Assembly: GCF_002257645.1 (NCBI RefSeq)
Contig: NZ_NQMO01000001.1
Location: forward strand, 574,065-606,064
DNA length: 32,000 nucleotides
From: Paenibacillus sp. XY044
GTDB taxonomy: Bacteria > Bacillota > Bacilli > Paenibacillales > Paenibacillaceae
Direction of reading: 5' to 3'
The first letter of the stretch is position 1. Every line of letters starts with the position of its first letter. The notes beneath the pieces were generated by a model. That model was not told the DNA's origin and ran no database searches. It worked only from the letters and a program-made list of their open reading frames with translations. This document shows positions 16,598 to 25,103 of this stretch, one piece after another. Made by a program: the position numbers and the translations under genes.

Positions 16598-16610
16598 GCA
16601 TTTGCCTACT
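16593..16610 (+). terminator. Short hairpin overlapping the stop codon (weak terminator candidate)
   Basis: AGTAGGC / GCCTACT 7-bp stem with a 4-nt loop, followed only by TT. Confidence 0.3.
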
Positions 16611-16645
16611 TTAATACATAAATATAACTATATAAGGAGGTTAAA

Positions 16646-17020
16646 GTGAGTCGACATAAAAAGTTCATTGCATTTTGTCTTAAGAAAGCTAGGAAGAATC
16701 GTATCGATAATTACCGACTTGCAGCGACGATAATCAAGGGAGGCAGAGTTATTGCTGTAGGAGTCAACTCAAATAAGGCCGGTTGTCTAATTGACCCATT
16801 GTACGAAAACAAGGGAGTTCATGCTGAATTGGATGCACTTTGCAAACTCTCTGAGAAGCAAATAAAGGGATCAATTATGTATGTAGCAGGTTGGAGTAAG
16901 GCAAACAATATGATCACCTCAAAACCCTGTCCAAAGTGTCAGGAATACATGAAAAAGTTTGATTTGAAAGCAGTATACTATTCGATGCCGAATGGTGAAT
17001 ATGAGGAGTTAACTATTTAG
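16646..17020 (+). CDS. CMP/dCMP-type zinc deaminase (probable dCMP deaminase)
   Basis: Zinc-ligand motifs HAELDAL and PCPKCQEYM. GTG start 5 nt after AAGGAGG. Confidence 0.7.
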   Translation: MSRHKKFIAFCLKKARKNRIDNYRLAATIIKGGRVIAVGVNSNKAGCLIDPLYENKGVHAELDALCKLSEKQIKGSIMYVAGWSKANNMITSKPCPKCQEYMKKFDLKAVYYSMPNGEYEELTI

Positions 17021-17033
17021 AGGAGGTGGTTAA

Positions 17034-17207
17034 TTGAATTTAGAGTTATTCACTAAATACTATGTAGATTGCGGAGGTAGTGATGAGTTTCAAGGTTGGA
17101 ATTTGATTGTGCTGCGAACAAAACCATTTCAATTTAGATGGTTCACGGATTGTGGTTATCATTTCTTATACATTAATTTGGGTAAGAAGTGTTGGAGAGT
17201 TGTTTGA
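17034..17207 (+). CDS. hypothetical small protein (57 aa, below the ORF-track cutoff)
   Basis: Hand-translated from TTG 17034 as MNLELFTKYYVDCGGSDEFQGWNLIVLRTKPFQFRWFTDCGYHFLYINLGKKCWRVV. AGGAGG sits at 17021-17026. Confidence 0.45.
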   Translation: MNLELFTKYYVDCGGSDEFQGWNLIVLRTKPFQFRWFTDCGYHFLYINLGKKCWRVV

Positions 17208-17252
17208 TGGCATTTAATTTTATACAGATAACTATTATGAAAGGAGTAAACA

Positions 17253-18236
17253 TTGATAGTGAAGCTATGTGAGATTTGCGGTTCCGGTGAAAGAGTGAGC
17301 TTTGTTAAGAAATCTAGGAACGAAAAGTATTTAGGAATGAATATATGTCATAAACATCGTCAGCAAATTTATAGAAATGGCAAAATAACTGATAATATGC
17401 GTTCACGAAGAAATGATGAAAGGATCTGCGATATTTGCAAAGACGGATTTGACGTAAGGCAATGTGGATTAAATGGGAACTATAATGGTTTTTTATTGTG
17501 TCGAAAGCATTATCACCAAGTAAGAGCGACTGGTAGCATAGTTGATGCAAATAAAAGCCACCGTGATAGAGATAGGATTTGCGAGGTGTGCAATAAGGAA
17601 GATGCTATTTATTGCAGCGAGTTAGATAAGATGCTTTGCAGAAGACACTATGATCAAGTTTGGAATTATGGAAAGATTTTCGAAAGGACTGTTTTCGATT
17701 CGAATGATATCGTTAAATATGATACATATGCAGAAGTGATTTTGTATAATTCTAAGCACATTGAAAAAGGAAGGGTAAAAATAGATTTAGAAGATGTGGA
17801 GCATCTTTCAAAATATAAATGGTATCTTGATACATGGGGTTATGCTTCTACTGGCAATGGAAATGGAGGCACAAAGTCAGTGATGATGCAAAGGTTAATC
17901 ATGGATGTAGAGAAAGGAGAGATTGTTGATCATATAAATAGAGACACGCTAGATAATCGGAAAGAGAACTTGAGAATTGCCGATAAATCATTGAATGCTG
18001 TAAATGCAGGTTTGCGTACCAATAATACAAGTGGCGTTACGGGAGTATCTTTCAACAAACATGCAAACTGTTGGCGAATTTATATTAACTACCAGGGAAA
18101 GCGTATAGAGTTAGGTTATAAAAAGGACTATTGCGATGCAGTTGTAGCGAGATTATTAGCTGAAAAGGAATACTATCCAGAACATCCACCACAAAAACAT
18201 CTATTCGAAGAATATGGGGTATTATACGATGAGTGA
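17253..18236 (+). CDS. HNH homing endonuclease with an AP2 DNA-binding domain and three N-terminal Cys/His repeats
   Basis: HNH_3-like KWYLDTWGYAS...DHINRDTLDNRKENLRIADKSLNAVN. AP2-like SGVTGVSFNKHANCWRIYINYQGKRIELGYKKD. Three CxxC...CxKH..Q(I/V)...G(K/S)I units occupy residues 5-148. Confidence 0.75.
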   Translation: MIVKLCEICGSGERVSFVKKSRNEKYLGMNICHKHRQQIYRNGKITDNMRSRRNDERICDICKDGFDVRQCGLNGNYNGFLLCRKHYHQVRATGSIVDANKSHRDRDRICEVCNKEDAIYCSELDKMLCRRHYDQVWNYGKIFERTVFDSNDIVKYDTYAEVILYNSKHIEKGRVKIDLEDVEHLSKYKWYLDTWGYASTGNGNGGTKSVMMQRLIMDVEKGEIVDHINRDTLDNRKENLRIADKSLNAVNAGLRTNNTSGVTGVSFNKHANCWRIYINYQGKRIELGYKKDYCDAVVARLLAEKEYYPEHPPQKHLFEEYGVLYDE

Positions 18237-21200
18237 TAACTACGTCTTATACCATCTGCACTCCGATGCAAGTAATCCATCGAGTTCAATGTCTATGGAC
18301 TCAATAACTAAATTTGAAGAATATATTAATGCCGCCGAAAAAAACGAGATGACTGCTATCTGCTTCTCGGAACATGGGAATATCTTCAACTGGGTTAACA
18401 AGAAGAAAACAGTTGAATCCAAAGGATTAAAATACATACATGCGAACGAAGTTTATCTTACCGAACACAATGATAGAGAGCGTGGTTTAATAAGAGATAA
18501 TTATCACTATATGCTTATTGCAAAAAATTGGGATGGGGTCAAGGAGTTAAACAAACTAACATCCATTTCGAATGATAAGCTTGATGGTCATTATTACTAT
18601 AATCCTCGCGTAACGTTTGAGGAACTATTCAATACTTCAGATAACATAATTATGACCTCAGCCTGTCTTGCTTCGCCATTATGGAGAGCACTAAAAAATG
18701 ATAATAAGCAGATGCTAAACATGTTTATGGATTTCTTTGTGAAAAATAAGCATCGTATGTTTTTTGAAATTCAGTATCACTCACACCCAGAACAAAAATT
18801 ATTCAACCAACATCTATACGAACTATCTAAGGAGACAGGTATTCCTTTGATTGCTGGCACTGACACTCATGCTTTGAATAGAGATCAGGCAGAGGCAAGA
18901 AAGATACTTATGAAGGCAAAGGGTGCTACGTATGGAGACGAAGATTCTTTTGATTTAACATTTAAAACTTATCCCGAACTAGTGAGAATGTTTGAAGAGC
19001 AAAGTGCAATCCCACGAAGCGCTTATCTGGAGGCTATTTACAACACCAATGTAATGGCGAATATGGTTGAAGAGTTCACTTTAGATAAGTCAGCTAAATA
19101 TCCTAAGATTCACGAAGATTCAGAGAAGGTGTTTAAAGAAAAAATTAATATCGGTGTAAAAGAGCATGGAATTAATAAATTCCAAACTGAGAAGCGACAA
19201 GAGTATTTCAAGAGAATACGTGAAGAGTTTGATACATATAAAGCCGTAGGTGCAATAGACTACATGCTGCTGCAGAAAGATGTTGTTGATTGGGCACATA
19301 GCAACGGAATATATCAAGGATATGGTAGGGGATCGGTAAACGGAAGTTTAATTGCGTACCTGTTGAAGATCACTGAAATGGACAGTATTAAGCACAAATT
19401 GAACTTCTTCAGATTCCTTAATCCAGAACGCATCTCTCTAGCTGATATTGATCTGGATTGGCCACCAAGTAAAAGACAGGATGTTATTGATTATGTAGCA
19501 TCAATACCAGGGATTCATTTTTCTGAGATAATCACATTTAACACTATCGCACTAAAAGGAGCCATTAGAGAAGTTGGGCGAGCTTTAGGTATGGAATTAT
19601 CCTTAGTCGATGAGATAGCAAAATCCGTATTCAAAGATGAGAAAAAGAAGGATACCGTAGATCGTCGGTATAGAGAACAGTACCCAGAACTATTCAAATA
19701 TGTGGATTTGGTACAGGGAGTAATAATGAGTATTGGTTCTCACCCATCTGGATATGTTGTATCGCCAATTAGCTTGGACGATAATATTGGGTTGTGCTTC
19801 ACCAAGGAGAGTAAATATCCTGTTAGTCAAATCAATATGAAAGAGCTAGATGGATTAAACTATGTAAAGCTTGATATCCTTGGACTTGATAACATCGAAA
19901 TCATTAACGAAACGTGTAAACTAGCAGGAATTGATAGATTGGTTCCAGACAACATGGACGTTAATGATGAGAATGTTTGGAACTCAATTAGAGAATCGGG
20001 CTTAGGGATATTTCAATGGGAAAGCGTTAGCGCTCAAGCCTACCTCAAAGACCTGTTGAGTCCTGAAACAATACATAAAATCAAACAGCAACACCCGAAC
20101 TTTAGTTACATTGAGTTATTTTCAATTGGAAATGGTGCAATCCGACCATCAGGTGACTCATATAGACAGGCGTTGGCAAACGGAATATTTAAAGATCACG
20201 GTCACTCTGCACTAAATAAGTTCTTGGAAAATACAATCGGATATCTCGTTTATCAAGAACAAATCATGAATTTCCTGGTTGAGTTCTGCGATTTCTCAAT
20301 GGCTGAAAGCGATAGTGTAAGGCGGGGATTGTCAAAAAAAGAAGGCACTGAAAAGTTTTTGCCAGAGATTCGAAAAAGATTTATTAATAAAATGATAAAA
20401 GAATATCAAGAGACTGAAGAAGCTGCCATTTCAGTACTTGAACCATTTTTGCAAGTTATTGATGATGCCCAGCGCTATGGATTTTCTGATAACCATTCGA
20501 ATCCTTATTCTCATATCGGTTACGGAAATGGATACTTACGCTATTATTATCCGTTGGCCTTCTTAACGGTAATGCTGAATATAAATAAGGACGACATCGA
20601 GAAGACAGGTCAGATAATTGAATATGCAAAGACAAGAGGAATTGAAATATCGCCAATCAAGTTTGGTAAATCTGGATCATCTTATTCTTATAACGAAACT
20701 GATAATATGATTTACAAAGGATTAGAATCTATAAAGTTCCTTAATGCTAATATTGCAAACGAGCTGCTCCAATTAAGCAAAAATAAATATAGTGATTTCA
20801 TGTCCTTGCTAGCCGATGTAACAGAAAAAACATCGGTAAATTCAAAACAGTTAAAGATTCTAATCAGACTCAACTTTTTTTCCGAGTTCGGTAATAGCAG
20901 TCTCCTTCTTAAACTACATGAAGAGTTCTCTGAAGGAAAGATAAAATACGGTAAAAACTTAAAGTCAAAACTGCAAAGGTTAGAGAGTTTGATTGAATAT
21001 GAGCATAAGATCAGAAAAGAAGACTCTATTCCTGATACATTGCCAAATGACGAAGTGATGTTTCACAAGGAGATGTTAGGTTATGCCGATATTAAATATC
21101 CTCATGTCTCTCCTGGATGGTGTGTTCTTACTGAATTGGATACCAAGTATTCTCCCAAATTAACACTATACAACCTAAAAACCGGACAAGAACGAATATT

Positions 21201-21405
21201 TAAGATGGACAAGAAAACATTTAACGTAAAAGATAATTCTTTGAAAATTAATAAGGGCGATTTGATTAGGATTGATAGCTTCATAAAGAAACAGAGGCAA
21301 GTACCTGACGGCAAGGGCGGTTTTAAACCAACTGATCAAACAGATGTATGGATAACAGGTTACACAAAATACAGCGACAAGGAGACTTTAAATGGAATTA
21401 AGTAA
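18229..21405 (+). CDS. DnaE-type DNA polymerase III alpha subunit (phage-encoded, SPbeta YorL-like)
   Basis: PHP domain YHLHSD...CFSEHGN...IHANEVY. Polymerase core GRGSVNGSLIAYLLKITEMD...FFRFLNPERISLADIDLDW, KLDILGLDN and LVYQEQIMNF. ATG 18229 overlaps the HNH stop (ATGAGTGA); the in-frame ATG at 18214 is an alternative. Confidence 0.9.
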   Translation: MSDNYVLYHLHSDASNPSSSMSMDSITKFEEYINAAEKNEMTAICFSEHGNIFNWVNKKKTVESKGLKYIHANEVYLTEHNDRERGLIRDNYHYMLIAKNWDGVKELNKLTSISNDKLDGHYYYNPRVTFEELFNTSDNIIMTSACLASPLWRALKNDNKQMLNMFMDFFVKNKHRMFFEIQYHSHPEQKLFNQHLYELSKETGIPLIAGTDTHALNRDQAEARKILMKAKGATYGDEDSFDLTFKTYPELVRMFEEQSAIPRSAYLEAIYNTNVMANMVEEFTLDKSAKYPKIHEDSEKVFKEKINIGVKEHGINKFQTEKRQEYFKRIREEFDTYKAVGAIDYMLLQKDVVDWAHSNGIYQGYGRGSVNGSLIAYLLKITEMDSIKHKLNFFRFLNPERISLADIDLDWPPSKRQDVIDYVASIPGIHFSEIITFNTIALKGAIREVGRALGMELSLVDEIAKSVFKDEKKKDTVDRRYREQYPELFKYVDLVQGVIMSIGSHPSGYVVSPISLDDNIGLCFTKESKYPVSQINMKELDGLNYVKLDILGLDNIEIINETCKLAGIDRLVPDNMDVNDENVWNSIRESGLGIFQWESVSAQAYLKDLLSPETIHKIKQQHPNFSYIELFSIGNGAIRPSGDSYRQALANGIFKDHGHSALNKFLENTIGYLVYQEQIMNFLVEFCDFSMAESDSVRRGLSKKEGTEKFLPEIRKRFINKMIKEYQETEEAAISVLEPFLQVIDDAQRYGFSDNHSNPYSHIGYGNGYLRYYYPLAFLTVMLNINKDDIEKTGQIIEYAKTRGIEISPIKFGKSGSSYSYNETDNMIYKGLESIKFLNANIANELLQLSKNKYSDFMSLLADVTEKTSVNSKQLKILIRLNFFSEFGNSSLLLKLHEEFSEGKIKYGKNLKSKLQRLESLIEYEHKIRKEDSIPDTLPNDEVMFHKEMLGYADIKYPHVSPGWCVLTELDTKYSPKLTLYNLKTGQERIFKMDKKTFNVKDNSLKINKGDLIRIDSFIKKQRQVPDGKGGFKPTDQTDVWITGYTKYSDKETLNGIK

Positions 21406-21517
21406 AAAGCAAATTGAAAAAATATTAGGAAAGAATATCTCGGATTCAGATTATATTGAATATTTAATTTATACGTATCAGCAGCTCAAAAAGGACGAAG
21501 AAAATGGGCAGTCTTGA
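21392..21517 (+). CDS. hypothetical small protein (41 aa, below the ORF-track cutoff)
   Basis: AAGGAG lies 7 nt upstream. Hand-translated as MELSKKQIEKILGKNISDSDYIEYLIYTYQQLKKDEENGQS. It overlaps both neighbours. Confidence 0.4.
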   Translation: MELSKKQIEKILGKNISDSDYIEYLIYTYQQLKKDEENGQS

Positions 21518-21734
21518 TAGATTTGAAAATCCATACTACCAAAAACGATTCCCTGATCCACAAGAAAAGGAAGTGATGGAATACTCAACTTGTTCGGGGT
21601 GCAGAAAGATTGTAACCAATCAAGAAGTTGATGATGGTGAGGTTTTAGATGTCTACGGAATGGTCGTTCATGATGATTATTCATGTTTGAAAAAAGCAGT
21701 AGAAGCAAGAACAATTTATTTAGATAAGGAATGA
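21504..21734 (+). CDS. hypothetical small Cys-containing protein
   Basis: ORF-track ORF containing a CSGC pair. Confidence 0.5.
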   Translation: MGSLDRFENPYYQKRFPDPQEKEVMEYSTCSGCRKIVTNQEVDDGEVLDVYGMVVHDDYSCLKKAVEARTIYLDKE

Positions 21735-21738
21735 TTTA

Positions 21739-22266
21739 TTGACTCACCTATATGCCTTTGATTTAAGTATGGAGTGCACAGGATTAACAATATTCGATTT
21801 AGAATCTGTGCTTCCTGTATTAGTAGCTAGCATTTCGACATCACATTTCAGGAAGAACGCCACACATGGACAAAAACTAAAATACATAGAAGATGAAATT
21901 ATTAAGATTGGCAAGAAATATGCTCCCTCAGTCGTTGCAATTGAACGCGGATTTAGCAGGTTTAATACAAGTACACAAGTGATATATAGAGTTCATGGCG
22001 TGATAAATAAACTCTTTCACAATTATGAGCAAATATATTATCCTCCCAAAACAGTAAAAGAAGCTATCTGTCGTGGAGACGCAACAAAGAAGTACGTACA
22101 AGAAACAATACATAAGGTTTATCCAGATATTAATTTTAGCAATGAAGATGAATCTGACTCGTTCGCCATAGCATTAACTTATCTCATTAAAAATGATTTG
22201 ATCAAGTGGAACAAAGTTGAGATTAAAAAGAAAAAAGCAAAAGAGAAAGCATCAAAAGAGGAATAG
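21739..22266 (+). CDS. RuvC-like Holliday junction resolvase
   Basis: The catalytic acidic residues sit in the expected contexts: YAFDLS, VVAIERGF and DESDSFAIAL. The tail is basic. TTG start 8 nt after AAGGA. Confidence 0.7.
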   Translation: MTHLYAFDLSMECTGLTIFDLESVLPVLVASISTSHFRKNATHGQKLKYIEDEIIKIGKKYAPSVVAIERGFSRFNTSTQVIYRVHGVINKLFHNYEQIYYPPKTVKEAICRGDATKKYVQETIHKVYPDINFSNEDESDSFAIALTYLIKNDLIKWNKVEIKKKKAKEKASKEE

Positions 22267-22299
22267 GACAAATTGTGAAGGGAGTATTGATATACAGAG

Positions 22300-22467
22300 G
22301 TGATTGATATCGAAAACAAAAATAGCAATATATTAAATATTACGAAACCAGATAATCAGTTAAAGACACACGAAAAGAAAGTTGAAGTTGTAAAGGTGAT
22401 CTTTCTAGGCGAGTTTAAGTTATCTGATTACATACATAGTAAAATGCTCCAAGAATTAAATAGTTAA
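22300..22467 (+). CDS. possible small ORF (55 aa) immediately upstream of the recombinase
   Basis: Hand-translated from GTG 22300 as MIDIENKNSNILNITKPDNQLKTHEKKVEVVKVIFLGEFKLSDYIHSKMLQELNS. The SD is poor. Confidence 0.25.
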   Translation: MIDIENKNSNILNITKPDNQLKTHEKKVEVVKVIFLGEFKLSDYIHSKMLQELNS

Positions 22468-22540
22468 TCGACTGGAATCAATGGTCAAAACTAATTATAA
22501 TATTAGTATGGCCATTGATATTTTTGTAAAGGAGAGAATC

Positions 22541-24130
22541 ATGAAAACGTGTATTTATGCTAGAAAATCAACAAATAATCTAGGACAGAAAGAAACTCTA
22601 CAAAACCAAATTGATTTATGTAAATATAAATCTAAAGAGTTTGGTTTGGAAATTGTTGATATTAAAACTGACACTGGGACTGGTACTGACGATAATAATC
22701 GACCAGAAGTAAAAGAACTGATTGATGATGCGATAAATGGGAAGTATCAATGTGTCATTATGAAGGGGATAAGTAGGTTTTATAGAGATACTGAGAAAGG
22801 TTTAGCATTAATAAAATTGTTGGACAGATATGGGATAAGAGTCATCACAATTGAGGAGAATTTTGACTCAAGAGAACAAAGAACAGGTACAGGAAAGTTA
22901 GACACTTCGAGAATAACTATGTACCTGATGTTTGCAGAGATGGAATCTAAGAAAACTGCGGATCGAGTAAAGTTTCAGCAAATGGAGAGCGCTAGAAAAG
23001 GAGTGTGGACTCACGGTAAGCCACCATTTGGTTATCGACGCAACGATGATTCGAAAAAACTAGAAATAGTTGAACACGAAGCGGAAGTTATTAGATACAT
23101 TTTCGAACTATACTCTCAAGGATATGGTGTAAGAACGATAACACTCATTTTGAATGGTGAAAATAATGAAAAAAAGGTTTACCTCGCCCCTGTGAACACA
23201 TGGAAACACGATACAGTCACTTATGCTTTAAACAATAGAACTTATGCGGGAGATATTATTTATAATCAACGTAGTAGTAGAGAGAACTTATTTAAGAAAA
23301 ATCACAAATTGAAGATGGACAAGAGGGATTCATGGAAAGGATTGACTAAGAATAAGAAACAGGATTGGGTTATTGCAGACGATGCTCATCCAGCAATTAT
23401 TGATAGAGAATTGTACGACAGTGTGCAGCGAATGCTGAAAACGAAATCCAGTAATCGGGGAATTAAACGCAATTTTTCCTTGTTTGCAGGAATAGGGAAA
23501 TGTGGAGTGTGTGGATCAGGATTGACTCTAAAAAAGATGAAGATCAATAAGAAGGCTCCCCGGCAGTCATACTATTACTGTGTTAAATATACGAAATACG
23601 GAAAGAATTTTTGTAGCAATCATAGAATAGAAGAGGGACAGTTGGAGAAAGTAGTATTAGAAAATTTAAAGAGTTTGCACTCAAATCCTGATATACTAAA
23701 GCAGTTTATGGAAGATAAGTATTCGAAGATTGAAGATAGATTGAAAAATAAGAAAAACGATCAGGAGAAAATTAGATTAAGAATAACTGAGCTTACGAAG
23801 AAAGTTGACTTGCTATTAGAAAAGAATCTGAACGGCGATATTACAGACCTTCAGTTCAATAAAATGAATCAGAAGTATTCAGTTGAACTTGATGAACTTA
23901 CATCAAAACTTGAGAAAACTGTAGTGGTTAATGAATCAGAAGGAAAAGAAAACAGCAAGAATGAGAATTTCCTGAGAGCAAAAAAAGCTCTTGAAAAAGT
24001 AACGGATTATGACAAGATGGACAAAGAAGAAAAAAGAGTTTTACTAATTGATTTGGTTAAAAGCGTCACACTTATCTCTGAAGATACAGAATCGATAAAG
24101 ATTGATATTGAGTATAACTTCGAATTATAG
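22541..24130 (+). CDS. Large serine recombinase (phage integrase, SprA-like)
   Basis: ATG 22541 lies 4 nt after AAAGGAGAG and gives MKTCIYARKST (catalytic Ser context). Also present are GISRFYRD, a recombinase domain, the zinc ribbon CGVCGS...YYYCVKY...CSNH and a C-terminal coiled coil. It is the last phage gene before the junction. Confidence 0.88.
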   Translation: MKTCIYARKSTNNLGQKETLQNQIDLCKYKSKEFGLEIVDIKTDTGTGTDDNNRPEVKELIDDAINGKYQCVIMKGISRFYRDTEKGLALIKLLDRYGIRVITIEENFDSREQRTGTGKLDTSRITMYLMFAEMESKKTADRVKFQQMESARKGVWTHGKPPFGYRRNDDSKKLEIVEHEAEVIRYIFELYSQGYGVRTITLILNGENNEKKVYLAPVNTWKHDTVTYALNNRTYAGDIIYNQRSSRENLFKKNHKLKMDKRDSWKGLTKNKKQDWVIADDAHPAIIDRELYDSVQRMLKTKSSNRGIKRNFSLFAGIGKCGVCGSGLTLKKMKINKKAPRQSYYYCVKYTKYGKNFCSNHRIEEGQLEKVVLENLKSLHSNPDILKQFMEDKYSKIEDRLKNKKNDQEKIRLRITELTKKVDLLLEKNLNGDITDLQFNKMNQKYSVELDELTSKLEKTVVVNESEGKENSKNENFLRAKKALEKVTDYDKMDKEEKRVLLIDLVKSVTLISEDTESIKIDIEYNFEL

Positions 24131-24149
24131 GGTTGAGTACATATATTTT

Positions 24150-24190
24150 TTATCTACAGTGATTATCTATGGGAGCCGATCCCCGTCGCA
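24150..24190. other. Prophage-host junction (attR-type hybrid site, approximate)
   Basis: G+C is 19/60 in line 24061-24120 and 36/60 in line 24241-24300 (hand counts). Host-like coding sequence begins at the GAG CCG ATC CCC codons at 24173. Confidence 0.6.
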
Positions 24191-25051
24191 CAAACGTTTC
24201 ATTACCAGGACGAGGCCTCCGGGATCGACCTGACGAAATATGCGCGGCTGGATTGCATGGTCACCGTGGTCGACGCGCATCGCTTCTGGCATGATTTTGC
24301 CTCGGGGGAAACGCTTCTGGACCGGAAGGAAGGCGCAGGGGAGGAGGATGACCGCGATGTGGCCGATCTGCTCATCGATCAGATCGAAACCTGCGACGTG
24401 CTGCTGCTGAATAAATGCGATCTGGTGGAGGAAGGAGCGTTACAACAGCTGGAGGGATTGATCCGTAAACTTCAGCCTACGGCCAAAATCATCCGTACCG
24501 TGAACGGGGAGGTAGCGCCGGGGGAAATCATGAACACGGGCCTGTTCGATTTTGATGCGGCGAGCCAGTCTTCCGGCTGGATTCAGGAACTGGAGCGCGA
24601 ACATCATACTCCTGAAACGGAGGAATACGGCATCGGCTCCTTCGTATACAGCCGGCGCGCCCCGTTTCATCCGGAGCGGCTTGCCGCGCTGCTGTCGGAT
24701 TGGCCGGAGGAAATCGTCCGCGCTAAGGGATTGGTCTGGCTGGCTGTCCGCGGCGACATGGCGGCAAGCATCAGCCAGGCCGGGCCGTCGATTCAATTCG
24801 GCCCGGCGGGCTATTGGGTTGCTTCGCTTCCGGAAGCAGAGCAGCGCGAATGGCTGGCAAGCGAGCCCGATCTCCGGCGCAGATGGGATGAGGCCTGGGG
24901 TGACCGGTTGAACGAGATCGTGCTGATCGGGATCGGCATGGACCGGGATGACATCACCCGCCGGTTGGATGAGTGCCTGCTTACCGGCGGAGAGATGGAA
25001 ATGAACTGGTCCGAGTTTTCCAATCCGCTGCCTTGGATCGAAATCCAATAA
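24173..25051 (+). pseudogene. 3' fragment of a COG0523 G3E GTPase gene (CobW/YciC/ZigA-type metallochaperone) split by the prophage
   Basis: The frame reads EPIPVAQTFHYQDEASGIDLTKYARLDCMVTVVDAHRF...LLLNKCDL..., followed by a CobW_C-like domain. The P-loop and CxCC N-terminal section (about 95-100 aa) is absent, and phage DNA abuts the GISEPIPVAQTF-type motif. Confidence 0.8.
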
Positions 25052-25067
25052 TATACGTATAGTGCTT

Positions 25068-25103
25068 AGCCGTCCGAATAGGGTTCATTCGGGCGGCTTT
25101 TTC
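25068..25103 (+). terminator. Rho-independent terminator after the COG0523 gene
   Basis: AGCCGTCCGAAT / ATTCGGGCGGCT 12-bp stem (one G-U pair) with loop AGGGTTC, followed by TTTTTC. Confidence 0.75.

Larger units (their letters stand above)
1..24172 (+). mobile_element. Right-hand part of an integrated, AT-rich, SPbeta-like prophage; the left end lies outside the window
   Basis: Unbroken + strand array of overlapping or coupled small genes, phage-type replication and nucleotide-metabolism genes, homing endonucleases and a terminal large serine recombinase. There is an abrupt G+C jump at about 24171 into a truncated host gene. Confidence 0.8.

Noticed and set aside
18214-18228. ORF-track start (ATG 18214) for the DnaE gene
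   Set aside because: No purine-rich SD lies upstream. ATG 18229 has GGGG about 10 nt upstream, overlaps the HNH stop in a coupling arrangement, and gives MSDNYVLYHLHSD close to the PHP motif. It is kept as an alternative only.
24440-25048. 202-aa minus-strand ORF, plus other-frame ORFs at 24552-24911 and 24811-25023, overlapping the COG0523 fragment
   Set aside because: These are typical shadow ORFs of high-G+C coding DNA. The + strand frame carries recognisable CobW-family motifs, and the antisense products are Arg/Pro/Ala-rich with no SD.
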